A stretch of 64,000 nucleotides of DNA, from IMG/VR virus record IMGVR_UViG_3300021057_000274, positions 248,001 to 312,000 of that record. One strand, 5' to 3'. The translations under genes and the position numbers were made by a program. Below are positions 45,355 to 54,712 of the stretch, in pieces (position 1 is the stretch's first letter; each line of letters starts with the position of its first letter). The notes under the pieces are model-generated. The model was not told the origin of the DNA. It saw nothing but the letters and a program-made list of their open reading frames with translations, and did not search any database.

Positions 45355-46172
45355 ATCCCCTGGTCGAACTTGGTGACGTAGACGCCCCTCGCTTCGGCTA
45401 GGATCTTCTCAAAGATCCTAGCTCCGCTCTCTGCGAGCTTATCTAAGCCTCGTTGAAGGACCTCGTTCTTCGCCTTGGCGAACTCGACCTTGTCCTTGAA
45501 CATGTATTGAGTGAAGAGCTCCGTGGTCAGCTCCTCTTGTTGCACGTCGATCAAGTGCTGCTTCGACTTCGTGATCACGAAGTTCTTGATGAACCAATCC
45601 ATGGGCGTAGAGTCCTCGCTAGGTTCGTCACCCCAGCGGCTTGAAGCCCAATCGTCGATCTCTTGCTCGTACTTCTCTAGCTCCTTGGCCATCTGTGACG
45701 TCGAGAGCGTGATGGTGTGGAGGAAGTCGTGCACGAATCCCCAACCCGAGTAGTGAGTGATGTCCTCGTACCCCCTCTTTGGTCCGTGATCCTCGAAGAC
45801 GTAGACGTTGATCGCGTTAGAGTGATAGGGCAGGAGCGCTTTGACACGCTCTGAAGAAGAGTTGATGAGATGTGCGATCGCAACGGCTAGATACTCGAAG
45901 TCAACCTTAAGGTAGAAGAAGTCGTTAGTCGCGTCGCGAATCCGCTCTGGGTTGTGTTGCTTAGCGTCTTTCCAGATCTCGTTGTAGGTAACGCCGCGCA
46001 CGAGGTTGTAGTAGATCGGCGTCTTGACCTTTCCGAGCACTCGCTTAGCGACCTTTAAGACCGACTCATCTGTCATCTTGCCGATCTTGGATTTCGCGTA
46101 GCGCGGCGCCCTGAGTTGAACGTGGTTGACGTCCTCTAGAGGCGCCTCTGTGAGGAGCTCAGAGATCTTCAC
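45351..46172 (-). CDS. Cargo-leader protein with HxxxH motif, paralog of 17988..18575
   Basis: MKISELLTE|APLEDV; WGFVHDFLH. Confidence 0.6.
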   Translation of the reverse strand: MKISELLTEAPLEDVNHVQLRAPRYAKSKIGKMTDESVLKVAKRVLGKVKTPIYYNLVRGVTYNEIWKDAKQHNPERIRDATNDFFYLKVDFEYLAVAIAHLINSSSERVKALLPYHSNAINVYVFEDHGPKRGYEDITHYSGWGFVHDFLHTITLSTSQMAKELEKYEQEIDDWASSRWGDEPSEDSTPMDWFIKNFVITKSKQHLIDVQQEELTTELFTQYMFKDKVEFAKAKNEVLQRGLDKLAESGARIFEKILAEARGVYVTKFDQGI

Positions 46173-46368
46173 GAGCGGGGTGCTTGGGCTTGCGACGAAA
46201 CTGGGTCTGATCGCGAAAAGATCGGCCGCTAGGGATCGGCGGGCGGCGAGAGCCTGGCGTGCGCTTGCAGTTCGACGAGTGCTTCTCCGTCGTCGTCTTG
46301 CAATCGGGGCAAGGTTGGATTCTCAATTTCCCGCTCATGATCTCGATCAGCTCTCTCAGCAATTCCAT
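46159..46368 (-). CDS. Small basic zinc-binding protein with cargo-like leader
   Basis: MELLRELIE; CPDC...H..NC; RBS AGGAG; late promoter 46386-46391 (-). Confidence 0.55.
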   Translation of the reverse strand: MELLRELIEIMSGKLRIQPCPDCKTTTEKHSSNCKRTPGSRRPPIPSGRSFRDQTQFRRKPKHPAREDL

Positions 46369-46458
46369 GTCTTCTCCTAAGAGCTTATTTACCTCTAGAC
46401 GAGGTGAGAAATCATCTCTGGCTCAGTCCTGTACAGGTCCTCAACTCCAGCTTAGGCA

Positions 46459-46491
46459 TAAATATCCTAGGATCGCAACCAAGGTTAGAAT
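46459..46491 (+). promoter_or_regulatory. TAAAT-N20-GTTAGAAT promoter before nrdA leader
   Basis: Same motif and spacing as 34501 and 62891. Confidence 0.6.
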
Positions 46492-46498
46492 AACTCAA

Positions 46499-46721
46499 GC
46501 TGTAACGTTTGACCGCTTAGCGGCTCAGAACAAGTACAGGTCAAGTAAGAATAATTGCCTTGCCGGCGATCCTAACAATAAAAAGACTGCGGTCGAGCAT
46601 GTGACCAGCGGACCGGCGCAAGCGGCGATTGCCCTTCACAGCGAGAGCTGATTTAGGAGCTGCCGTGTTCATGAAAAGTGATCACGGAGCTCCTTTTCTT
46701 TTTCGCTGTGCGACATAGCGA
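46499..46721 (+). ncRNA. Putative structured leader or small RNA upstream of nrdA
   Basis: ORF-free about 240 nt with several stems (46509-46544; 46553-46630; 46656-46693; 46703-46721). Confidence 0.4.
46656..46703 (+). terminator. Intrinsic-terminator-like hairpin 31 nt before nrdA start
   Basis: GGAGCT-G-CCGTG...CACGG-AGCTCC followed by TTTTCTTTTT. Confidence 0.55.
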
Positions 46722-46734
46722 CAGAGAATGAGAG

Positions 46735-49092
46735 ATGTCGATCCAAGTTACGAAGCGCAACGGAGAGCGCGAACCGCTCGACGTTGAGAAGATGCACCGG
46801 GTGTTGGAGTGGGCCTGCGAGGAGCTAGCAGGTGTTTCGGTCTCCGACATCGAGATGAAGTCCCACATTCAATTTTACGACGGAATCGCTACCTCAGAGA
46901 TTCACGACATCACCACCTCGGCGGCCGAGGACCTGATCTCGGAGGAGCGCCCCAACTACCAGTACGTCGCCGCGCGAATGATGATCTTCGACCTGCGGAA
47001 GAAGGTCTTCGGCTCGTACGAGCCCATCCGCCTTCTCGACATCGTCAAGCGCAACGCTGAGAGGGGCATCTACGACAAGAACATCCTGTCATGGTATACC
47101 GAGGAGGAGTGGCTCAAGCTAGGCTCCTATCTCAAGCATGAGCGTGACTTCAAGCTGACGGCGGCGGCGGTCAAGCAGATCAAGGATAAGTACCTCATCC
47201 AGGACCGGTCGACACGTACCTACTACGAGACCCCGCAGATCGCGTTCATGTTGATCGCGGCGACTGGCTTTCACAAGTACCCGAAGGCGACCAGGCTCCA
47301 GTACGTGCGCGACATGTACGACGCCATCTCGAAGTTTCAGGTCTCCCTCCCCACTCCGATCCTCGGTGGCCTTCGCTCGAGCATCAAGCAGTTCAGCTCG
47401 TGCGTCTTGATCGATGTCGGTGACAGCCTTGAGTCGCTGACCGACGCGACCAAGATGATGACCAAGTACGTCTCGAAGCGAGCCGGACTTGGCATCAACG
47501 GCGGGAGGATTCGTGCGCTCGGGTCGAAGGTCGGCAAGGGTGAGATCGTCCACACCGGCGTCACCCCGTACTATCGGATGTTCGAGTCGGCGATCAAGAG
47601 CTGTTCAGCTGGCGGCATCCGTGACGCCGCGGCGACGCTCTACGCTCCCGTTTGGCATCGCGAGATCGAGGACATCATGGTCCTCAAGAACAACAAGGGC
47701 ACTCACGAGACCCGAGTGCGTCGCCTTGATTACGCGATCCAGTGGGACACCTATCTGCTTCGCCGGGCGGCCAAGAAGCAACCGATCACCCTGTTCTCTC
47801 CCCATGAGGTTCCTGATCTCTATGAGGCGTACTTTGGCAAGGATCGCAAGAAGTTCGAGGAGCTCTACGAGAGCTACGAGAGAGATCCAGCGATCAAGTA
47901 CAAGAAGGTGGTTGACGGGCGTGAGCTACTGACGACGTTTCTCAAGGAGTCACAAGAGACCGGTCGTCTCTATGGGTTCCTCGCGGACAACGTCAACCTC
48001 CACACCCCGTTCAAGGACCCGATCTTCATGTCGAACCTGTGCGTCGAGATCTGTCTCCCGACGACTCCAGTTCTCAACAAGTACTCGAACTTTGAGGAGC
48101 GTGACGACTTCGCCAAGGACGCGACGGTAGACTTCGAGGGACTCATCCAGCTCTGCACGCTCGCGGCGGTTAACCTCGGGAGCCTCAACCTCGACGAGAC
48201 GCACGACATGGAGAAGCGGATGGATCTCCTCGTGCGCTTCCTCAACGAGCTGATCGACTATCAGGACTACCCGGTGCCTCAAGCCTACCGAGCGACGATG
48301 AAGTACCGTCCGCTCGGCATCGGCGCGATCAACTACGCGTACCTCCTGGCGAAGAACGGACTCAAGTACTCCGACCCGGAGAGCCACAACCTGACTCACC
48401 GTGTCGCCGAGCAGATGTACTACTTCGCGCTCAAGGCGTCAAACAACTTGGCCAAGGAGCGAGGCGCTTGCAACGGCTTCGTTGACACGATCTACGCGGA
48501 CGGCAAGCTCTTGATCGACACCTACGCCAGGACGGTCGACGAGGTGCACACCGAAAAGCTCCATCTCGCGTGGGACGAGCTTCGCCGAGAGGTCAAGGAG
48601 CACGGCGTGCGCAACGCGACGCTCCTCGCTTTCATGCCGTCAGAGTCATCTAGCTCTGTTTCAAACGCGACGAGCGGGGTCGATCCGATCCGCTCCGTCG
48701 TCACCCGAAAGGCGAACAAGAAGACGTCGTTCGTTCAGGTCGCGCCCGAGGCGATGCGATTGAAGAACCAATATCACCTGCTCTGGGACATGACCGCGAG
48801 GGACATGGACGGCGTCATCAAGAACATGGCCGTGCTTCAAAAGTTTACGTGCCAGTCGATCTCGACCAACTTCTCCTACAACCCAGAGCACTACCCCGAG
48901 AAGAAGATCCCTCTCGAGGTGCTGATCAACCACTTTCTCCTGGCGACAAAGCTAGGCCTGAAGACCAGGTACTACGTCAACACCAAGGGAGAGCGTGACC
49001 ACACCGAGGAAGCTGAGAAGCAACCCGCCACCGTCGTTGAAGTCACCCCTGAGCTAGCCCCCGAGGGTGACTGCGACTCTTGCAAGATCTGA
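46735..49092 (+). CDS. nrdA: Ribonucleotide reductase class Ia alpha subunit
   Basis: ATP cone VTKRNGERE, QFSSCVLI, SNLCVEICLP, CTLAAVNLG, MPSESSS, C-terminal CDSCKI. Confidence 0.97.
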   Translation: MSIQVTKRNGEREPLDVEKMHRVLEWACEELAGVSVSDIEMKSHIQFYDGIATSEIHDITTSAAEDLISEERPNYQYVAARMMIFDLRKKVFGSYEPIRLLDIVKRNAERGIYDKNILSWYTEEEWLKLGSYLKHERDFKLTAAAVKQIKDKYLIQDRSTRTYYETPQIAFMLIAATGFHKYPKATRLQYVRDMYDAISKFQVSLPTPILGGLRSSIKQFSSCVLIDVGDSLESLTDATKMMTKYVSKRAGLGINGGRIRALGSKVGKGEIVHTGVTPYYRMFESAIKSCSAGGIRDAAATLYAPVWHREIEDIMVLKNNKGTHETRVRRLDYAIQWDTYLLRRAAKKQPITLFSPHEVPDLYEAYFGKDRKKFEELYESYERDPAIKYKKVVDGRELLTTFLKESQETGRLYGFLADNVNLHTPFKDPIFMSNLCVEICLPTTPVLNKYSNFEERDDFAKDATVDFEGLIQLCTLAAVNLGSLNLDETHDMEKRMDLLVRFLNELIDYQDYPVPQAYRATMKYRPLGIGAINYAYLLAKNGLKYSDPESHNLTHRVAEQMYYFALKASNNLAKERGACNGFVDTIYADGKLLIDTYARTVDEVHTEKLHLAWDELRREVKEHGVRNATLLAFMPSESSSSVSNATSGVDPIRSVVTRKANKKTSFVQVAPEAMRLKNQYHLLWDMTARDMDGVIKNMAVLQKFTCQSISTNFSYNPEHYPEKKIPLEVLINHFLLATKLGLKTRYYVNTKGERDHTEEAEKQPATVVEVTPELAPEGDCDSCKI

Positions 49093-49093
49093 G

Positions 49094-50251
49094 ATGACCA
49101 ACACCGTCTTCAACCTCAACAAGGTTGACCTCAACGAGCAACCGATGTTTTTCGGCAAGAAGGCGAACATCGCTCGCTACGACCAGGAGAAGTATCCCGC
49201 CTTTTCAAAGGCTACCAAGACCATGAAGAGCTTCTTCTGGAACCCCGAGGAGATCAACCTCCAGAAGGACGCATCGGACTTCAAGGCGTTATCAGACCAC
49301 GAGAAGCACATCTTCACGAAAAACATCGCGTACCAGGTGCTGCTTGACAGCGTTCAGGAGCGCGGCCCGCTCTATGCCTTTTTGCCGTGGTGCACTCTCC
49401 CGGAGCTCGAAGCCTCACTGATCTGGTGGGCGGCGTTCGAGCAGATCCACAGCCAGTCCTACCAATGGATCTTGCAAAACCTCTTTCCGGACCCCGCGAC
49501 GATCTTCGACACGATCATGGACGACTCGAACATCATGACCCGGGCCGGCGCGATCATCAAGTACTACGATGACTTCGTCCAGTACTCCGAGCAGTACCGT
49601 GTGCTGGGGCCGGGCACTCACCGCCTGATCACGTATCCTGAAGGGCCGCACGCGCCCCAGACCAAGGAGGACTTCGAGCTCTCGGAGTACGAGCTGAAGC
49701 GCAAGCTCTACCTCGCGCTCGTCTCGGTCTACGCTCTCGAGTCGATCCGCTTCTACGTCTCGTTCGCGTGCAGCTTCGCGTTCGGGCAGCAAGGCAAGAT
49801 GAAGGGGAACGCAGACATCATCAAGCTGATCGCGAAGGATGAGGCGCAGCACGTCGGGATCACAGTAAACATCCTCCGCAACTTGATGCGCAAGGAGGGC
49901 GACAAGGACTTCGTCAAGATCGCCAAGGACGAGGAGGAAACGGTCTACCAGATCTTCGACGAGGTGGTCAGCCAAGAGAAGGAGTGGGCGGCATACCTGT
50001 TCAAGGATGGCTCGATCGTCGGCTTGAACGAGACGCTCCTCTGTCAGTATCTCGAGTATCTGGCGAATAAGCGCCTTCGCGGTCTCGGCTTGAAGTCGCG
50101 CTATGACGCGAACGTCAATCCGTTCGGCTGGATCACGACCTGGCTCTCCTCCGAGGACGAGCAGGTGGCCCCGCAGGAGAAGGAGGTTACCTCCTACCTG
50201 GTGAACGTGCTCGACACGAACGTCAACGAAGAAAACCTGATCGAAATTTGA
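49094..50251 (+). CDS. nrdB: Ribonucleotide reductase class Ia beta subunit
   Basis: FFWNPEEI, LLDSVQ, EQIHSQSY, ALESIRFYVSFACSFAF, DEAQH, VAPQE. Confidence 0.96.
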   Translation: MTNTVFNLNKVDLNEQPMFFGKKANIARYDQEKYPAFSKATKTMKSFFWNPEEINLQKDASDFKALSDHEKHIFTKNIAYQVLLDSVQERGPLYAFLPWCTLPELEASLIWWAAFEQIHSQSYQWILQNLFPDPATIFDTIMDDSNIMTRAGAIIKYYDDFVQYSEQYRVLGPGTHRLITYPEGPHAPQTKEDFELSEYELKRKLYLALVSVYALESIRFYVSFACSFAFGQQGKMKGNADIIKLIAKDEAQHVGITVNILRNLMRKEGDKDFVKIAKDEEETVYQIFDEVVSQEKEWAAYLFKDGSIVGLNETLLCQYLEYLANKRLRGLGLKSRYDANVNPFGWITTWLSSEDEQVAPQEKEVTSYLVNVLDTNVNEENLIEI

Positions 50252-50252
50252 C

Positions 50253-50597
50253 ATGAAGTTAAACGAGCTCCAGCGAAAATTCTATCACGTGACGTTCGCC
50301 CAGAACGTGTCAAGCATCTTACGGCATGGGTTGGGTGGCAAGAGAGCTACCCAGCGCTGGAGCTTCTCGAATGGAAGGGTTTGTCTAGCCGATTCGATTG
50401 AGAAGGCTAAGAGATATGCGAACTCGGTCGGACAGCCAGATGAGTGGGATGGAAAGTTCGTTGTTATAGAGGTCGAGATTCCAGATGAGTCGAAACTCAG
50501 CCAAGACTCGAACATCGACGGCAAGACCGCCGATGGATACTTTGAGTATGACGGCGTGATTCCTCCCTCACATCTCAAGGTGCACGACACTTACTAG
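50253..50597 (+). CDS. ADP-ribosyltransferase/KptA-fold protein with cargo leader
   Basis: FYHVT...SILRHGL...VCLADS...VIEVEI...IPPSHL; leader MKLNEL. Confidence 0.65.
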   Translation: MKLNELQRKFYHVTFAQNVSSILRHGLGGKRATQRWSFSNGRVCLADSIEKAKRYANSVGQPDEWDGKFVVIEVEIPDESKLSQDSNIDGKTADGYFEYDGVIPPSHLKVHDTY

Positions 50598-50626
50598 TTT
50601 GAGATGGGTGGAGCTAAATATGCTCC

Positions 50627-51025
50627 ATGAAGATCTCCGAGCTCTACGAGTCAAGGTGGATTGAGAGCCCCAGGCTTGACGTCTCTACTGAGGGTAACTC
50701 CAAGCGAGTCTTCTTCACCGCTAAGCTGAAGAAGGACCACCGTCGTGATTGGGACAAGGACGAGGTAGCTGTCGAGGCGACCGTTGACCTTGACAAGCCA
50801 GTCGCTCGCATCAACCAGATCAACGCGTGGATGTCACACCGTAGCCTCGGGCAAGAGCTTCTCTCGCACATCCTCTTTCACCTCAAGAAGAACGGCTATA
50901 AGAAGGTGACCGCTTACACCGAGCGGTTCAACTTCAATCCGCAATCCATGGTCAAGCGGCTCGGAGCTGTTGAGACAGGGAAGACCGAGCACGGCGTGAC
51001 CTGGGAGTGGGACCTTGAGGCTTGA
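50627..51025 (+). CDS. GNAT-like protein with cargo leader
   Basis: MKISELYE|S; INQINAW...RSLGQELLSHI; TAAATA at 50615-50620. Confidence 0.55.
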   Translation: MKISELYESRWIESPRLDVSTEGNSKRVFFTAKLKKDHRRDWDKDEVAVEATVDLDKPVARINQINAWMSHRSLGQELLSHILFHLKKNGYKKVTAYTERFNFNPQSMVKRLGAVETGKTEHGVTWEWDLEA

Positions 51026-52001
51026 TGAGATCTCGCAGCGCGCCAGCAGCTGGGAGGATCTGCCGTTCAGAGCTGCTACCGGTGAGGGGCCCTCTCTAGA
51101 GGACGTCGTTCCTGAGCGCGCCCCGAACGGCGATTTCATCTTCTACCACGGTACGTCTCTCACAACCGCCGAGAAGATCGTCAAGGACAAGATGATCATG
51201 CGAGACGACCTCGGTTACTCAGGGATAGGTACTACCCGCGGAGCCGTTAGCGTCTACGGCATCATGAAAGCTTCTAAGGAAAATCTCCGTCGCAGACTCA
51301 AGATGGTGCCAGGGATGATGCATGACGACCCAAAGGCTGAAAAGAGCGCGGTTCTTCGAGTGCGCATCTCCCGAGATTGGTTCAAGGCCCATCCAGATTC
51401 GGTCTCTAGAGAGACCGGAGGCTCTGGAAAGAACCAGTTCTTGATTCGCCCGCCGCGCGGAGAAAAGGGTGTGCCGCTAGAGCACGCTGAGATCGTACGG
51501 GCAGCTGGAGAGGAGCTGCGCGAGACGGTCAAGAGCCAGGACGTCGGAGTCTTCGTCACTTCTGCCTTCGAGAACGCGGGGATCAAGAACGTCAAGATCG
51601 TCGGGTCGCTGATGCGAAAGGGCAAGGGAAACGACATCGACGTCAAGGTCGACGCACCAGGGAGATTTGAGGCCGTCGAGTCAAGGGCCTTCAGCGTCGC
51701 TCACAAGCTGTCCAAGATGATCGGCGAGTACTCGAGAGGAAAGCATGATCGCGTCGACGTCTTCTTGAAGATGCAACCAGAGTGGGTCAATGACCGCGCG
51801 ACCGCTAAGCTGATCATCAGGCGGTACCTGGATGACCATGACGAAAACTTCCCGAACTACGGCGGATCTGACGGGATCTATCATGAGCCTGAGGTCGTGG
51901 ACATCAACAAGGTCAAGTACTTGATCATCTCCGTCGGCGGAGGGTGGATGATCCAACGTGGATATTGGCTCCATGAACCTGAAGATACGGTCAAGGGGTA
52001 A
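51015..52001 (+). CDS. ART-like domain fused to Pol-beta-type nucleotidyltransferase domain
   Basis: FYHGTS...AVLRVRI N-terminal module; IVGSLMRKGKGNDIDVKV and RVDVF C-terminal module. Confidence 0.6.
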   Translation: MRLDEISQRASSWEDLPFRAATGEGPSLEDVVPERAPNGDFIFYHGTSLTTAEKIVKDKMIMRDDLGYSGIGTTRGAVSVYGIMKASKENLRRRLKMVPGMMHDDPKAEKSAVLRVRISRDWFKAHPDSVSRETGGSGKNQFLIRPPRGEKGVPLEHAEIVRAAGEELRETVKSQDVGVFVTSAFENAGIKNVKIVGSLMRKGKGNDIDVKVDAPGRFEAVESRAFSVAHKLSKMIGEYSRGKHDRVDVFLKMQPEWVNDRATAKLIIRRYLDDHDENFPNYGGSDGIYHEPEVVDINKVKYLIISVGGGWMIQRGYWLHEPEDTVKG

Positions 52002-52028
52002 ATAGCTAGCAACCGCGGGGAGAGTGTC

Positions 52029-52391
52029 ATGAGCGTGAACTGGAAGCGCTGGAGAGCGAAGGTCAAGCTCTACTTCATTAGGCTCTTCGTGTTGTGGCTT
52101 CCGTTCTCGCTGGGTTGCTTGGTCGCGATCCCGGTCTCCCTCGTCGCCGTTCTCAGCAACAGCACCTACGCGAAAAACATGTTGCTCGGCATGGATCGGC
52201 TCGCGGCGTCGGTCCTCCATTGGACCGGCAAGAACACGATCAGCGCCGAGTGCGGTGCGGTTCTACAACCCCCGCTTACCTTCGCTGAGCTCTCGATGCG
52301 TTGCATCTTCTGCATGCTTCTCTGCAGGATGATCGAGCTGTTTGACGCTGGACACTGTAAAAACAACGCGATCGATGAAAAACTCATCTAG
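52029..52391 (+). CDS. Membrane protein, paralog of 309..635
   Basis: TM helix; MDRLAA...TISAECG...CIFCMLLC...GHC; TAAATA at 51999-52004. Confidence 0.6.
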   Translation: MSVNWKRWRAKVKLYFIRLFVLWLPFSLGCLVAIPVSLVAVLSNSTYAKNMLLGMDRLAASVLHWTGKNTISAECGAVLQPPLTFAELSMRCIFCMLLCRMIELFDAGHCKNNAIDEKLI

Positions 52392-52457
52392 AAGTGATCT
52401 CGTAGATAAATACTGGTCGAATCGGTCGCAGGACCGTAACCTACTCAGGAGATCTAC

Positions 52458-52781
52458 ATGACTGCAGGAAAGCTTTGGACCGTCGAGGTCACCGATACGG
52501 GCGGCGGTGTCCTTCGCCTCGATTCAGCGTTGTACGAGGATGTGAACTACAACGCCGTTGCGCCGCACAACGCGTCACACGTCGTTCAGGTTCGCCAGAA
52601 CCTCATCAAGGACATGAAGCCCTTCACGACTAGCAACACCGCCGTCAAGGCGTCGTACAAGGTCGAGAAGTTTCTCATCGCAGGTGACCTTGCGGCTCAC
52701 GTCGCTAAGTCGCTCACGACGCTCACCTCTGACGCGGGTACCGACATCGGTGCCGCGGGTTACACCGTCAGCGCCGCCTAA
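52458..52781 (+). CDS. Late small protein, probable virion component
   Basis: TAAATA at 52407-52412, RBS AGGAG, followed by terminator. Confidence 0.55.
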   Translation: MTAGKLWTVEVTDTGGGVLRLDSALYEDVNYNAVAPHNASHVVQVRQNLIKDMKPFTTSNTAVKASYKVEKFLIAGDLAAHVAKSLTTLTSDAGTDIGAAGYTVSAA

Positions 52782-52802
52782 TAGCGGTTCAGCAGATGTG
52801 AC

Positions 52803-52830
52803 AAAGGCCACCCTCGGGTGGCCTTTTCAT
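52803..52830. terminator. Bidirectional intrinsic terminator
   Basis: AAAGGCCACC-CTCG-GGTGGCCTTTTCAT between convergent genes. Confidence 0.85.
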
Positions 52831-52843
52831 TTGGCGCGGTAGC

Positions 52844-53191
52844 CTAAGATTTTATCGCGTAGTTGATCTCGTGGTACGCGCGCTCAAGATTTTCAAGCGC
52901 TTCTGCGATCGTGTTATGGGTGTCGATGAGATAGCCCTTATAGTTGGACGGGGCATGATCGCCGTGCGCGATGCCGTTAGGCTTCTTGGGGAAGTCGGCT
53001 TCATGCCTCAGGCGATTCGCGATCTCACGATGCTTAGCAGCCTCCGTGAGAAGAGCCTTTTGATCACAGATCGTGGCGAGGGCTTTCGCGAGCCTGTCGT
53101 ACTCTTTGAAGCCCTCCATGTCACGTCCCTTTTTAGGTTTCGAGGGAATTCCCTTGGGCCAGGCTTCAACGAGAAAAGCTTTAAGTTTCAT
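52844..53191 (-). CDS. Putative capsid-packaged internal protein
   Basis: MKLKAFLVE|A; RBS AAGGA; minus-strand TAAATA at 53209-53214. Confidence 0.65.
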   Translation of the reverse strand: MKLKAFLVEAWPKGIPSKPKKGRDMEGFKEYDRLAKALATICDQKALLTEAAKHREIANRLRHEADFPKKPNGIAHGDHAPSNYKGYLIDTHNTIAEALENLERAYHEINYAIKS

Positions 53192-53404
53192 GGTGATTTC
53201 CTTTCGTCTATTTACCGCAAGTTCTTTCCTATAGCCCAACCATTAGCCAAATAAGCAGCCAATTCAATTATCACCGCCGAGGGCTTTTGGGATAATGTGA
53301 TGGCGCTCTTTGTAACCTTTGATCTTACGGGCTTTGGATCGATGACAGATCTCGAGATACCATTTTGTGTACTTATTATCTAAGAACATGATACTATACC
53401 CGAT

Positions 53405-54712
53405 ATGGCGATCGTAAACAAAAAGCGGCTCAAACAATATCTAGAAGCAGAGCAAAACGTGCTTTTTCGGGGTGCGCACGGCATCGGCAAAACGGCTATC
53501 GTTAAGGAGATATTTGCCGAGGGCGGAGGGAAGTGGAAATATTTTTCAGCGTCCACTATGGATCCTTGGGTTGACTTTGTCGGTGTGCCGAAAGTGATTA
53601 CAGATTTGTCTGGAAATCATTCTCTAGAGCTTGTTCGCCCTACCGAATTTGATGATGTTGAATACTTATTCTTCGACGAGTTCAACCGCGCGCCTGACAA
53701 GGTGCTCAACGCGACGATGGAGCTCATCCAGTTCAAGAGCATCAACGGTCACAAGCTCAAGCGCCTCAAGGTGATCTGGGCGGCGATCAACCCCGAGGAC
53801 GACGCCGACACCTACAAGGTCAACCACCTCGACCCCGCGCACCTCGATCGATTTCAAGTTCACATCGACCTGCCGTACGACGTTGACGTTGACTACTTCA
53901 AGGGAAAGTATCCCACGCTGTGGAAGGCGTTCGTTGACTGGTGGAAGGATCTCCCGGAGGACGTCAAGAAGGAGGTCTCACCTCGGCGCCTCGACTACGC
54001 CGCGACCGCTTACCAGAAGGACTTTCGCCTCGAGGACTTTCTCCCGTTCAAGTCGAACGTCAAGAAGCTTCGAGACATGCTCAAGTCGATCCCGTTCGCC
54101 GAGGAGCTGAGCCAGATCAAGAACGGCACCGAGGCGCACTCGTTCCTCAAGAACCCGAACAACACCCTGCAGCTCCTCAAGATGGTGCGGCAGAACGACT
54201 CGAACGCGACAGACTTCTTCACGAAGTACGCGTACGGCATGCCCCAGGAGCTTGCGGCGCCGTTCACCGAGCTCCTCGAGGCCAGGAACATGGGCTTCAT
54301 GCGGAAAGAGGTCACCACCCTAGCAGCCATCCTGGAGAAGATTCCAGTCACTGGCGCTAGCTCGTCGGGTACCCTCGTCGCCGGAATGATCAACGCCGTC
54401 GATTGGGACGTCATCATGAAGGGGAAGTCACCCGAGAACGAGATGCGCGCCCTGCTGACGACGAAGGGGCATCTGGTCTCCAGGTTCACGAATCGAGCGA
54501 GCGACGCCTTTCAGAACGCGACCAAAGCGCAGCTCGAGCGCATCTTGTGGGGCCCCCTCGGGAGGGTCGGCAACGAGATCTCGAACTTCCAGGTCATGCT
54601 CGCCGCGGCTAGCAAGATCAGAGCGTTTGACAACGCGAACGAGGTGCGGATGATCAACGCCAAGCTCGAGGCGACCGGGCTCTTGGACTGGAAAATCATC
54701 TCTCCGCCGTGA
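53405..54712 (+). CDS. MoxR-like AAA+ ATPase
   Basis: GAHGIGKT, LFFDEFNRA, WAAINP, LDPAHLDRF, VSPRR. Confidence 0.88.
   Translation: MAIVNKKRLKQYLEAEQNVLFRGAHGIGKTAIVKEIFAEGGGKWKYFSASTMDPWVDFVGVPKVITDLSGNHSLELVRPTEFDDVEYLFFDEFNRAPDKVLNATMELIQFKSINGHKLKRLKVIWAAINPEDDADTYKVNHLDPAHLDRFQVHIDLPYDVDVDYFKGKYPTLWKAFVDWWKDLPEDVKKEVSPRRLDYAATAYQKDFRLEDFLPFKSNVKKLRDMLKSIPFAEELSQIKNGTEAHSFLKNPNNTLQLLKMVRQNDSNATDFFTKYAYGMPQELAAPFTELLEARNMGFMRKEVTTLAAILEKIPVTGASSSGTLVAGMINAVDWDVIMKGKSPENEMRALLTTKGHLVSRFTNRASDAFQNATKAQLERILWGPLGRVGNEISNFQVMLAAASKIRAFDNANEVRMINAKLEATGLLDWKIISPP

Noticed and set aside
46493-46734. NrdR box, tmRNA or known riboswitch upstream of nrdA
   Set aside because: No NrdR consensus, no tmRNA GGGGC...CCA ends, and no purine or cobalamin core recognisable
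19479-50251. Inteins or group I introns in terL, uvsX, uvsW, nrdA or nrdB
   Set aside because: All have normal lengths, continuous motifs and no Hint or LAGLIDADG signatures
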